A stretch of 64,000 nt of DNA from Verrucomicrobiia bacterium (GTDB taxonomy: Bacteria > Verrucomicrobiota > Verrucomicrobiia > Limisphaerales > UBA1319), in assembly GCA_963664225.1 (NCBI GenBank), contig OY760937.1, forward strand, positions 1,728,001 through 1,792,000, read 5' to 3'. Positions 10,039-20,042 of this stretch are shown here, piece after piece. Under the pieces are notes generated by a model. It was not told the DNA's origin and did not search any database. It saw only the letters and a list, made by a program, of their open reading frames with translations. Made by a program: the position numbers and the translations under genes. Numbering within the stretch: position 1 is the first letter of the stretch; every line of letters starts with the position of its first letter.

Positions 10039-10186
10039 GAAACGGCTTTCATGGTTTCTGAGCTGTCGGAGTAAAGGGATTCGCCGGGCGCAGGACAAAA
10101 TTCAGGAAGCTGGTAAAAGCCTAAACCATACGAACCCAGCCAAGACGCCAATCGGCGTTGTGGGGCATATAATCCGGTGCGGTGGC

Positions 10187-10265
10187 ATCCTCCAAACCGT
10201 CCAATCATTCAGAAAACGCGAAAAAGTTCTCCCTCTCCGCTCTGGGGAGAGGGCCGGGGTGAGGT
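10187..10265. repeat. REP-like unit; a second copy starts at 10370 and is interrupted by IS110
   Basis: Identical 19-mer ATCCTCCAAACCGTCCAAT at 10187 and 10370, each followed by a CTCC(C/T)TCTCC..GGGGA palindrome. Confidence 0.65.
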
Positions 10266-10454
10266 GGCTTTTCGATTCCCATCCACTCTAATTCTCCGCG
10301 TTCTCCGCGCCTCCGCGTGATGCCTTTTTTCGCGCCCCATTCCTTCGCCCGTCAACCCCGCGCGGCGGTATCCTCCAAACCGTCCAATAAACCCAGGGCT
10401 CGCAATACTCCTCCTTCTTGTATCTGATTTTCCATCTATTCTTGTTTTGTTTGA

Positions 10455-10638
10455 AAAGACGGAATAAATGGAACTGTCCTGCCGCCTGCAGGCGGCAGGA
10501 CAGTGGCGCGGACGAGCTCGTTTCCTTCTTGCATTGGTTTTTAACCAAATGCGCGAGGAGCCAGAGCCGTTCGTGCCTGTGTCCTAAACTCGAACCGTTG
10601 CTTGAGCGGCCCACCAAGGCCTGCTCGTATTTACAAGA
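10455..10638 (+). ncRNA. Predicted IS110 bridge RNA (ends approximate)
   Basis: 5' hairpin ACTGTCCTGCCGCCTGCAGGCGGCAGGACAGT; target guides TTTCCTTCT and AGGAG; donor guides ACCGTTGCTTG and TACAAG. Confidence 0.8.
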
Positions 10639-11580
10639 ATGAGCCAGAACACTATGACCACTATCTACGCTGGTTTGGATATTGCCAAGCTGAGTCTTGA
10701 TCTCCAACTGGCCGGTCGTTCCCACCATCTGCCCAATACCGCCGCCGGTCATCGCCAGCTCGTCAAACTCCTGGCGCAGCATCCCGGCGCTCACGTCATC
10801 TGTGAAGCCACCGGCGGCTACGAGCGTGAGGTGGCTGACGCCCTCCATCATGCCAGCATTCCTGTCAGCATCATCAATCCCGCCCGCGTCCGGCATTTCG
10901 CCCGCGCCCAGGGACAACGGGCCAAAACCGACCGTATAGATGCCGCCGTCCTCTCCGCCTATGGGCAGGCCTTCGCCCCCAAACCCACGCCCGCGCGTTC
11001 CGAGGTGGAGGAGCAGTTGACCGAACTGGTTCGCCGCCGCACTCAGATCCTTGATCTGCTTATTAGCCAGCGCCATCAGATCGAACGCCTCACGCTGCCC
11101 AAGTTGCGCCGCCAGGCCCAGAGCCTGCTGCGTCGATTGGAACGGGATCTGGAGCATATCGAGACCCAACTCAAAGCGCTGCGCCAGAAAACCACAGAAT
11201 TGGATGAGCGCGCAAAGAAACTCGAGGCTATTACTGGGGTGGGCGCGATTACCGCCTTGGGGGTTTTGGCTGAGCTGCCCGAGTTGGGCACGCTCAATCG
11301 GGGGCAGGCCGCCGCCTTGGCCGGACTGGCTCCACATCCTCGAGAAAGCGGCCAGTGGCAAGGCCGCCGCTCCATCGGTGGCGGAAGAGCCGCCGTTAGA
11401 CGTGCCCTCTACATGGCCGCCCTGGTGGCTGCGCGCTGCAATCGCCAACTCAAGGAGTTCTAGGAACGACTCCGATTGGCGGGCAAGCCCGCCAAAGTCG
11501 CGCTCACCGCCGTCATGCGCAAACTCATTGTCCTGATGAACCAAATCCTTAAAAACCCAGATTTTGCACTCTCAAATTAA
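10639..11580 (+). pseudogene. IS110 transposase with internal nonsense codon
   Basis: GLDIAK, CEATGGYE, AKTDRIDA, RESG motifs; TAG at 11461-11463 in EF*ERL, then frame continues GKPAKVALTAVMRKL to TAA 11580. Confidence 0.88.
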
Positions 11581-11610
11581 ATACCGTTGCTCCTGGGGGG
11601 AGTTCTCCAT

Positions 11611-11741
11611 GGTTAAATCTTTTCCTCCTGGTTCTAATCTGTGTTTCTCTGAGCCATCTGTGGATTTCCCCTGCTTATCCCTATCCGTGCCATCCGTGAT
11701 ATCAGTGGTTAAAAATCCTGCTCATCCTGCTTATCCATGTT
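11611..11741. repeat. Dispersed ~130 bp composite repeat; inverted homolog at 40859-40997
   Basis: Collinear blocks ggttaaatctt.tcctcctgg, gccatctgtggat, atccgtg.catccgt, gtggttaaaaatcc, tatccatgtt. Confidence 0.75.
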
Positions 11742-12117
11742 GATATTTCTTCACCCACCTCTTTCCATGTAACTTGTAATGAAAGACATCCCACTTTGGG
11801 TTCATGGGGAGGGCGGTCGTCCTTTCAGATCTGACTTTTGCCGGACCCTCAATCGCCGCCCGGCCATTCCCGAAACTCTTGCTGAATTCGTTTCGTATAT
11901 ACTCACATGCCCTTTATAAGGACTTTTTTCCCTTGCCGAAGAATTTTGTCCTGCGCCCGGATTCGCCCTCAGCTTGGATCGGTTCTGGACTTGCAGCAGA
12001 AAACCAGCACGCGGGAAAACCCTGTAAAACGCCACGAAAGCGCATGAGAAGGCCCATTCCAACAATGGCTTCAAATATTTTAATGAATCAATCAATGAAG
12101 AAGTGCGTCCGATCCAA

Positions 12118-14550
12118 ATGAAAAATATCACCGCACTCTTCCTTGCTGCATGCATTATCGAATGCAGTTCGGTTCTGGTTTCTGCGGCGATAATTAACAA
12201 CAGCCCGACCCGCTCGAACGGGGCCGACGGCGGAGAAGAATTCATCGGACCGCTGTCCGGCTGGGACAACGTCAAGAGCTACGGCGCCGCCGGTGATGAT
12301 TCGCGCGACGACACGGCATCGATCCAGAATGCCTTGAATGCCTGGGGAACTTCCGGGCACAGCAAGGTGCTCTTTATTCCCGCCGGGACCTACCGGATTA
12401 ATCGCACACTCGCTGCGGCCAACAAATCCGGTTGCCAGCTTTTGGGCGCCGACCCATCGACCGTGACCTTCAAGTGGTGTGGGGCGGAGGGCACGAACAT
12501 GTTCGACTTTAATTCTGTCACCAAAACACGCATGGGCCGGTTCACGCTCGATGGCGGCGGCACGGCCGGGGTGGGCTTCTGGCTGTGGGTGTCCAACGGC
12601 ACGGCGAATGCCAGTTCCATGGAAGATGCCGTCTTCAAGAACATGCGCATCGGCCTGCGGTTTTGCGACCATCCGGGTGAAGTCGCCGGGCCGCCGAACT
12701 ACATCTGTGATTTTCCCATCGACCGCTGCCAGTTTCTCAACTGCACGGTTGCGGGCATCAACCAGAACAATCCCAACACGCTCAACCTGCCCGCTGAGTA
12801 TTGCCTTTTTGACCATTGCGGCTTTGGCGTGACCGACGATCTTGCGGGAACCTCGGGCCACGGCAATATCCAGATTTACAACTCAGTGTTTCGGCATTCG
12901 ACCTTTGCTGACGCGGCCTTTCGTCCCGACGCCTCATTCTCCTCGTTCCGGGGGAATTACTCGATTGGATCCCAAATGTTCGCGAGCATCGCATGGAACG
13001 GACGCAATGGCCTCGGCCTGACGCTGCAGGACAACGTGATCCTGGACCCCGTGGACACGCCGATCCGCATCCTGTGCGCCGGGGCCTTGTCGCTGATCGA
13101 CAACGTGATTCGATACAACGGCACCGTGGCCCAGGTGGGCGTGGGCGGCGCCTATGCGGATGACACGATATCGGTTGGCAACACCTATTGTAAGACAAGT
13201 CGGACAAACCCGATTTCCTCCTCGGGCCGCGTGACCAGACTGGACGACCTGTGCGTGAGCGCCAGCGCGATCACCAATACCGAGCCGGTCCTGCCGCCAA
13301 CACCGCCGAACAAAAATCGGTTCATTTGCGAACTCCCGGCCAACGCCACCGGTGCGGATATTCAGAATGCCATCGATTCCCTCCATGCCAGCCATAACGG
13401 GCAGCGTGCCGTCATTCACATTCCGGCGGGAGTTCACACGGTCACCAATACGATTACCGTACCCGCCAATAGCGATATTCAACTGGTCGGCGACGGGGTG
13501 TTCTCGAGCGTTTTGCGCTGGGCCGACGCCCCGGCGAACCATGGATCGATGCTCCTGAAGCTGACCGGCCCCAGCCGGGCGACGGTGCGGGATCTGTTGA
13601 TCAACGCCAATGGGAATTGCGATCGCGGCCTGGTGACCGATGTGGCCGACGTGCCTGGTGACCGTGTTTACATGAGCCAGATCGGTTGCGATAACTTCGG
13701 CCCCGCTGTTTCCACGTATCGCTGGTCGGACATATTGATCCACGGCCAGTCGAACGCCATCGTGGACATCAACACCGCGGAATTGAACTACTCCGGCAAC
13801 GCGGCCTACAGCAACGGGGTCGTCGTCGTTGCCGGCCCCTCCGTGAGCGTTTATGGCAATACGCCGGTCGGTTCGCCCTTTGCCGGTGGACGCACCATCA
13901 TCACCGGCGTCAATATTGGCGGTTATGAAGTTCACAATAATGCGCAACTACTGGTTCAGGATTCCTGGTACGAGGCGCATCCCATCGAAAACCCGCGTTT
14001 CCTGAACCTGACCTCGTCAGGCACGGTGACCCTGCAAGGCAATCTGATAGCCCCTTGCAACGGCCCCGTCACCGCCGGGACACCGGGGATCGACATCGAC
14101 GGCTTCCAGGGCCGCTTCTCCCTCCTGAGCAGCTTCTTCAATCACTGCAATACCAACGCCCATTCCACAACCGTGGTCCTCGCGCCGAACACCGGAACGA
14201 ACTGCAACGTTCTGGTCATGGGCTCAGTCGGTGACGATGGTAGTGTCAACGGCCAGTGGTTCTTTAACAAGTCGGCCACCGCCAACGTCGGATTCCTGAA
14301 TAATAATTTTTATACCGTCGGCCTGGGTCTGACCCAGAACACCAATTCGGGTCGCGAGGACGCTGCATTCCTGCGGACCATGCTCGCCCAGTCGCGAACT
14401 CAAAAACGAGTGGCCTGGCCCTTGACAGCCACACCGACCGGCACGTCCGATGTTCGGTGCTTCCGGGTTTTTGTCATCAACGCCATTTCGGCCAACATGG
14501 TCATTTACAGATCCGCCTCCGGCCTGCCCGGCATCACCCCGCTGCGGTGA
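12118..14550 (+). CDS. Secreted beta-helix protein with two pectate-lyase-3/GH55-like modules
   Basis: Signal peptide; NVKSYGAAGDDSRDDTASIQNAL...FIPAGTY; second module DIQNAID...HIPAGVH...LVGDG. Confidence 0.75.
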   Translation: MKNITALFLAACIIECSSVLVSAAIINNSPTRSNGADGGEEFIGPLSGWDNVKSYGAAGDDSRDDTASIQNALNAWGTSGHSKVLFIPAGTYRINRTLAAANKSGCQLLGADPSTVTFKWCGAEGTNMFDFNSVTKTRMGRFTLDGGGTAGVGFWLWVSNGTANASSMEDAVFKNMRIGLRFCDHPGEVAGPPNYICDFPIDRCQFLNCTVAGINQNNPNTLNLPAEYCLFDHCGFGVTDDLAGTSGHGNIQIYNSVFRHSTFADAAFRPDASFSSFRGNYSIGSQMFASIAWNGRNGLGLTLQDNVILDPVDTPIRILCAGALSLIDNVIRYNGTVAQVGVGGAYADDTISVGNTYCKTSRTNPISSSGRVTRLDDLCVSASAITNTEPVLPPTPPNKNRFICELPANATGADIQNAIDSLHASHNGQRAVIHIPAGVHTVTNTITVPANSDIQLVGDGVFSSVLRWADAPANHGSMLLKLTGPSRATVRDLLINANGNCDRGLVTDVADVPGDRVYMSQIGCDNFGPAVSTYRWSDILIHGQSNAIVDINTAELNYSGNAAYSNGVVVVAGPSVSVYGNTPVGSPFAGGRTIITGVNIGGYEVHNNAQLLVQDSWYEAHPIENPRFLNLTSSGTVTLQGNLIAPCNGPVTAGTPGIDIDGFQGRFSLLSSFFNHCNTNAHSTTVVLAPNTGTNCNVLVMGSVGDDGSVNGQWFFNKSATANVGFLNNNFYTVGLGLTQNTNSGREDAAFLRTMLAQSRTQKRVAWPLTATPTGTSDVRCFRVFVINAISANMVIYRSASGLPGITPLR

Positions 14551-14714
14551 ATCCGCTACGTGATCGTTAAACCTGCCCGGGCGTGCAGCCGGTTGACCAG
14601 CGGTCAACGGAAAGTCAACCGGTTGAACGCTCTTTTCCGCACGAAAAAAGTTCCCGGCGGTCGCGATTCTTAATGAGCTTTACACGACGCTGGTAAGGTC
14701 GCAAAATTGGGCTT

Positions 14715-16712
14715 ATGTCGAATAGTCTGCCTGTGACAAGCCTGACAGGGGAGCGGTCACTGACGCAAGTTGCCGCAAACCAAGTACTAACGGAGCTGGA
14801 TGCCGCGATCAAGCGCACCCAGGATTACCTCCTTGGCCAGCAAACACCCGAGGGTTACTGGGTGGGCGAACTGATTGTGGACTCCACCATCGTCTCGGAC
14901 ATGGTGGCCTATCGCCACTGGAGCGGTAAGGTCGATCCGGAATGGCAGCGCAAAGCGGTCAATCACATTTTTTCGCTGCAACTCCCTGAGGGCGGCTGGA
15001 ATATATATCATGGGGGTCCGGCGGAAGTGAATGCCACCGTAAAAGCCTACCTGGCTTTGAAGCTCGCCAGAGTGCCCTTGACGGACCCGCGCATGCTCAA
15101 GGCCCGCAGCGTCGCCCTGAGCCTGGGCGGTGTGGCCCGCATGAACACCTTCTCCAAGCTCTACCTTGCATTGCTGGGTCTCTATTCGTGGGAATATGTG
15201 CCCACCATTCCGTGCGAGGTCATCCTGGTCGGTAAGTGGTTCCATGTGAACTTCAACGAGATGAGTTCCTGGAGCCGGTCCATGCTTGTGCCGCTCTCGA
15301 TCATCAACCATTTCAAGCCGACCCATGCCCTGCCGGGCATCAACCTCGATGAGCTGTATCCGGAGGGTTTTCACGAACGCGACCTGGCGTTGCATCCAGA
15401 TCCCAACCTGTTCACCTGGAGGAATTTTTTCCTGTGGCTGGACCGCCTGCACAAGTTTGTGGAAAATTACAAGCTCCAGCCGTTTCGCAAACGGGCGTTG
15501 CGCAAGGCCGAGCAATGGATGGTGGAGCGCTTCGAAGGGACCAACGGACTGGCCGCCATTTTCCCGGCCATACTCAATTCCCTCATCGCCCTCAAGGCCC
15601 TGGGTTATCCGGATAATCATCCCGATGTGCTTCGGGCTGAACGCGAATTGAAAAGGCTGGAACACGAGACCCCCGATACGGTGCGCCTGGAACCGTGCCT
15701 TTCCCCCGTCTGGGACACCGCCATCACCATCATTGCCCTGCACGAATCGGGTCTGGCCAGCGACCATCCGGCCCTGCAGAAGGCGACCAGTTGGGTGCTC
15801 GACCGCGAGATTCGTTTTCGCGGCGACTGGCAGTTCAAGAATCCCGCCAAGGTGGAACCGAGCGGCTGGGTGTTCGAGTTCGATAACAAGTGGAATCCGG
15901 ATGTGGACGACACGGCCATGGTGCTGCTGGCGCTGCGGAAAATTCCGACCGGTGATCCGGCCCGACGCGATGCCGCCTTTAAACGCGGGCTGGATTGGAT
16001 GCTTACTTTTCAGTGCAAGGACGGCGGCTGGGCGGCGTTCGACAGGGACTGCACGAACGGCATTCTGGAGAAGGTTCCGTTTGCCGATCACAACGCGATG
16101 CTCGATCCCGAGTGCGCGGATATTACGGCGCGCATTCTCGAGTTGCTCGGTTACGAAAAGTTTTCCGTGGAAAACGACCAGATCAAGGAGGCCTTGAATT
16201 ACCTTCAAAGGCATCAGGAGGAGGACGGCTCCTGGTATGGCCGCTGGGGCGTGAATTACATTTATGGCACCTGGCAGGTGCTGCGCGGTTTGCGCGCCCT
16301 GGGTCTGCCCATGCAAGAGGATTGGCTTCTCAAGGCCCGCAGCTGGCTGGAGAGCGTGCAGCACGAGGACGGCGGCTGGGGCGAGCGCTGCAATACCTAT
16401 GACGATCCCGTGTTCAAGGGGCAGGGACCGAGCACGGCCTCGCAAACCGCCTGGGCCGTGATGGGCCTGTGCGCGTTCGACGACCCGCAGATTCCCGCAT
16501 TGCGCCGGGGGATCGATTATTTGTTGCGCACCCAGAATGCGCAGGGCGACTGGACGGAGGCTGAAATCACCGGCACCGGTTTTCCCAAGGTCTATTATCT
16601 GAAATACGACATGTACCGGATCACCTGGCCGCTGCTCGCGCTGGCGACCTACCGCAATCTGCTGCATCAGGCCATTCTCAAGGGCAACGGCCACTGGCCG
16701 ACGGCCTCCTGA
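14715..16712 (+). CDS. shc: Squalene-hopene cyclase
   Basis: DVDDTA catalytic motif; QW repeats (QTPEGYW, QCKDGGW, QEEDGSW); GTGFP. Confidence 0.95.
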   Translation: MSNSLPVTSLTGERSLTQVAANQVLTELDAAIKRTQDYLLGQQTPEGYWVGELIVDSTIVSDMVAYRHWSGKVDPEWQRKAVNHIFSLQLPEGGWNIYHGGPAEVNATVKAYLALKLARVPLTDPRMLKARSVALSLGGVARMNTFSKLYLALLGLYSWEYVPTIPCEVILVGKWFHVNFNEMSSWSRSMLVPLSIINHFKPTHALPGINLDELYPEGFHERDLALHPDPNLFTWRNFFLWLDRLHKFVENYKLQPFRKRALRKAEQWMVERFEGTNGLAAIFPAILNSLIALKALGYPDNHPDVLRAERELKRLEHETPDTVRLEPCLSPVWDTAITIIALHESGLASDHPALQKATSWVLDREIRFRGDWQFKNPAKVEPSGWVFEFDNKWNPDVDDTAMVLLALRKIPTGDPARRDAAFKRGLDWMLTFQCKDGGWAAFDRDCTNGILEKVPFADHNAMLDPECADITARILELLGYEKFSVENDQIKEALNYLQRHQEEDGSWYGRWGVNYIYGTWQVLRGLRALGLPMQEDWLLKARSWLESVQHEDGGWGERCNTYDDPVFKGQGPSTASQTAWAVMGLCAFDDPQIPALRRGIDYLLRTQNAQGDWTEAEITGTGFPKVYYLKYDMYRITWPLLALATYRNLLHQAILKGNGHWPTAS

Positions 16713-16763
16713 GAAGCCGGTGGCTTTCTCGAAGAGGCGGTTTCAGGCCCGGGATTGGTACGT

Positions 16764-16792
16764 AAAAAAGGACACCCTTGCGGGTGTCCTTT
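16764..16792 (-). terminator. Intrinsic terminator downstream of rpsA, possibly bidirectional
   Basis: AAAGGACACCC-TTGC-GGGTGTCCTTT hairpin with T6 tract on the minus strand. Confidence 0.85.
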
Positions 16793-16827
16793 GTGCTGTT
16801 GCCGGATTATGACCGGCAGATCGGAAA

Positions 16828-18492
16828 TCAATCGACCTTGGTATCGTCCGCGGCGTCGAAGGCGTGTTGCAGGGCCACGAGGTCTTCGCCCGGTTTGAGG
16901 GCGTCGAGGATGGCTTGCTCGGCCTTGAGCTGGTCGGGGGTGTAATTCGCGGCCTTGATGGACAGACCGATGCGGCGCTCGCCCTTGTCGATCTTGATCA
17001 CGCGGGCGGACACGTCCTGGCCCACCTTGAGCATGTTCTTGATCTTGTCGATGTGCTGCTCGCTGACCTGGGAGATGTGCACCAGGCCGTCAATGTCGTG
17101 CTGCAGGCCCACAAACGCGCCGAAGCTGGCGAGCTTGGTGACTTTGCCGGCGATGAGATCGCCCACGCGATAGAGCGTGTCGATGCTCTCCCACGGATCG
17201 GTGGAGAGTTGCTTGACGCCCATGGCGATGCGCTGATTGGACTTGTCGATTTCCAAGACAATGGCTTCGACATCCTCGCCCTTCTTGAGCACTTCGGAGG
17301 GGTGATTGATCTTGCGCGTCCAGGAAATGTCGGAGACGTGGATCATGCCGTCCAGACCATCTTCCAGTTCGATGAAGGCACCGTAGCTGGTGAGGTTGCG
17401 GATCTTGCCGGTGACCTTGGTGCCCGGAGGATACTTCTCGGCGGCCTTGTCCCACGGATTGGTCTCGAGCTGGCGGATGCTGAGGGAGATCTTCTGCTCC
17501 TCGCGGTTGATGCCCAACACGATGGCTTCGACTTCCTGATCGACCTTGAGCACATCGGCCGGTTTGGCCACGCGCTTGATCCAGGAGAGTTCGGTGACAT
17601 GGACGAGGCCTTCGACACCGGGTTCGAGTTCGACGAACGCGCCGTAGGGAACGAGATTGACGACTTTGCCTTTGACCTTGGTGCCCACGGGGAACTTGGT
17701 CTCGATCTGGTCCCAGGGATTGGCCAGCTTCTGCTTGAGACCGAGGCTGACGCGCTCTTTTTCCTTGTTGATGTCCAGGACGACCACGTCGATGTCCTGA
17801 CCGACTTTGAGGAGTTCCGAGGGGTGCCCAATGCGGCCCCAGCTCATGTCGGTGATATGGAGCAAGCCATCGATGCCGTTGAGGTCGATGAACGCGCCGA
17901 AATCGGTGATGTTCTTGACGGTGCCCTTGCGGATGTCGCCCGGGGTCATCTCGGTGAGGAGTTTGCCACGGCGTTCGTTGCGTTCCTGCTCGATCAATTC
18001 GCGGCGGGAAAGAACGATGTTCTGGCGCTCCTGGTTGAGCTTGACGACCTTGAAGTCGTAAGTGTTGCCGACATAGGCGGCCAGGTTCTTGGGCGGGACG
18101 ATGTCGATCTGCGAGGCGGGCAGGAAGGCCTCCACGCCGATATTGACGAGCAAGCCGCCTTTGACCACGGCCTTGACTTTGCCGGCGATGGTTCCGCCTT
18201 CGTTGCAAATGGTGAGGATCTTATCCCAGTTCTGTTTGAATTCGGCTTTTTCCTTCGACAGGATGACATTGCCATCCTTGTCTTCGAGCCGTTCGATGAG
18301 GACGTCGATCTGGTCGCCGATTTTGACGGCCTTGACGTCATCGAATTCATTTCCGGAAATGACGCCTTCGCTTTTATAACCGATATCGACGAGGACTTCC
18401 TTGGAACGCACCTCAATGACGGTGCCTTTAACGATCTGACCAGGAGCAAAGCCAAACTGGCTCTGCTTCATGGCCTCTGCCATGGTTAGCAT
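16828..18492 (-). CDS. rpsA: 30S ribosomal protein S1
   Basis: Six S1 repeats (FGAFIDL..IDGLLHI etc.). Confidence 0.97.
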   Translation of the reverse strand: MLTMAEAMKQSQFGFAPGQIVKGTVIEVRSKEVLVDIGYKSEGVISGNEFDDVKAVKIGDQIDVLIERLEDKDGNVILSKEKAEFKQNWDKILTICNEGGTIAGKVKAVVKGGLLVNIGVEAFLPASQIDIVPPKNLAAYVGNTYDFKVVKLNQERQNIVLSRRELIEQERNERRGKLLTEMTPGDIRKGTVKNITDFGAFIDLNGIDGLLHITDMSWGRIGHPSELLKVGQDIDVVVLDINKEKERVSLGLKQKLANPWDQIETKFPVGTKVKGKVVNLVPYGAFVELEPGVEGLVHVTELSWIKRVAKPADVLKVDQEVEAIVLGINREEQKISLSIRQLETNPWDKAAEKYPPGTKVTGKIRNLTSYGAFIELEDGLDGMIHVSDISWTRKINHPSEVLKKGEDVEAIVLEIDKSNQRIAMGVKQLSTDPWESIDTLYRVGDLIAGKVTKLASFGAFVGLQHDIDGLVHISQVSEQHIDKIKNMLKVGQDVSARVIKIDKGERRIGLSIKAANYTPDQLKAEQAILDALKPGEDLVALQHAFDAADDTKVD

Positions 18493-18811
18493 ACTATTGT
18501 TTTACGATCTGATTGCGGGAGGCTTGGTCGGCAGCACCTTGGAGAGCATGCCGGACAAAGACTCCATTGCCTAACAAACCAAACGCTGTCTGACAACGGA
18601 GGGTTGATGGTTCGTTTAAGCGTTAACTTTTTTTTCTCAGCCTTAATGAACAACCGCACACACGGAGTTCAGGCAAATTCAACCTTAAGCCCTATCATGC
18701 CGATGGCAAGCGTGAAAAACGCAAATAACGGCGGCCAAAATCCGTCCCGTTGGCCCCGTCCTTTTCGCTGGCCAGAAATCGGTTTTCAGGCATCGTAAAA
18801 CCCTGGAAATT

Positions 18812-19957
18812 GTGGAAACAACGCTCGATAAAAAACTGAATGTGAGCCATTTCGAGCCGGATTTGCCTCCGGCATCGATCAGGTGCGTCCTGCGGCATTG
18901 TGCGGCGTCCATCGGCATCTATGGGGCGCTGCTGGCGTTCATGCTCACCAATCCCTGGTATAGTTCGTTGCTGCAATGCTCGATCGGCGGGGTGACCGGC
19001 GCGCGCTTTTACGTCTGGCTTTACCTGATCTATGCGGTCGTGGCGCCGGCGGTTTATCTGGCGTTCAGACCGGCTTCGTTGCGCGTCTCCAAGAACCTGA
19101 TGATCGTTGGTTACCTGGGGCGCCTCCTCGGGAAACTCCTGGGCTTCCGCAGGAGCGCCGTCAGTGACTGGCTTCCCACTTATCATGAGCGCAATGCCCT
19201 GATGTTTCTGCTGATCAAGCTGATCTATGGGCCGATGATGGTGAATTCGGTGTGTTACGGAGTGGACAAGGTCGGCTACTGGCTGCCCTTTCTCACGCGC
19301 AAAACGGCATGGATCAACACCTTGGACGTGGGTTATACGATATTTGTGGCCGGAGTGTTCCTGGTGGATTCGTGCCTGTTTTGTTTTGGGTATCATGCCG
19401 AGGCGGGATTTCTGCGCAACCGGGTCCGCTACGTCGAGACGAGCCTGTTCGGTTTGACGGTGTGTCTGCTGTGCTATCCGCCGTTCAACGAAGTGACCAC
19501 GCATTTCTTTGGCACGTCCAACAATTCCGAAAACATCCTGTTCCGTGGCGATTTGCATCATCCGGTCACCTGGCTCCTGCGGGGCATGGCGGTGTTTTTC
19601 CTGCTGATGCTCATCTCCTCCTCGCTCTCGCTTTTCACCAAGGCCAGCAACCTGACCAACCGGGGCATTGTCACCCGGGGCACCTACGCGATTGTCCGCC
19701 ATCCGGGTTACACGGCCAAGAACCTCTTCTGGCTGAGCACCCTCATTCCGCTGTTTTTCAACATCAATCCATCCGCGCCGTTTTTCAGCTGGACGGGTTA
19801 CCTGCTGTTTTGCCTATCGACCATCGGCGGTTTTATCGCCTGGTCCACGATCTATTGTCTGCGGGCGCTGACCGAGGAGAAGTTGCTGATGCGCGACCCG
19901 GAATACGTCGCCTATTGCAAAAAAGTCCGCTGGCGCTTCATTCCCGGTGTGATCTGA
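18812..19957 (+). CDS. Isoprenylcysteine carboxyl methyltransferase/PEMT-family membrane protein
   Basis: GIVTRGTYAIVRHPGY and RALTEEKLL..DPEY..Y..KVRWRFIPG. Confidence 0.8.
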   Translation: METTLDKKLNVSHFEPDLPPASIRCVLRHCAASIGIYGALLAFMLTNPWYSSLLQCSIGGVTGARFYVWLYLIYAVVAPAVYLAFRPASLRVSKNLMIVGYLGRLLGKLLGFRRSAVSDWLPTYHERNALMFLLIKLIYGPMMVNSVCYGVDKVGYWLPFLTRKTAWINTLDVGYTIFVAGVFLVDSCLFCFGYHAEAGFLRNRVRYVETSLFGLTVCLLCYPPFNEVTTHFFGTSNNSENILFRGDLHHPVTWLLRGMAVFFLLMLISSSLSLFTKASNLTNRGIVTRGTYAIVRHPGYTAKNLFWLSTLIPLFFNINPSAPFFSWTGYLLFCLSTIGGFIAWSTIYCLRALTEEKLLMRDPEYVAYCKKVRWRFIPGVI

Positions 19958-19986
19958 ACGACCCGTGCCGCAAGATTTCCGGGCAT

Positions 19987-20016
19987 AAAAAAACGGCGGT
20001 TTAACCCGCCGTTTTT
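19987..20016. terminator. Bidirectional intrinsic terminator
   Basis: AAAAACGGCGG-TTTAAC-CCGCCGTTTTT between convergent genes. Confidence 0.85.
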
Positions 20017-20042
20017 GAAAACTTCACTCACCGAACACTGGT

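Larger units (their letters stand above)
8581..10076 (+). repeat. ~1.5 kb three-cassette block, inverted duplicate of 27112-28606
   Basis: Near-identical sequence and near-identical ORF translations in the two copies. Confidence 0.95.
10417..11591 (+). mobile_element. IS110-family element with CT core
   Basis: Ends CTtgtat ... accgttgCT shared with the second IS110 at 33734-34932; no terminal inverted repeats; DEDD transposase. Confidence 0.9.

Noticed and set aside
14787..18489. Long antisense ORFs over shc and rpsA, and similar ones elsewhere
   Set aside because: Shadow ORFs from high-GC codon bias opposite well-supported genes
18493..18620. Structured rpsA leader RNA
   Set aside because: Plausible, but no structure could be supported by eye
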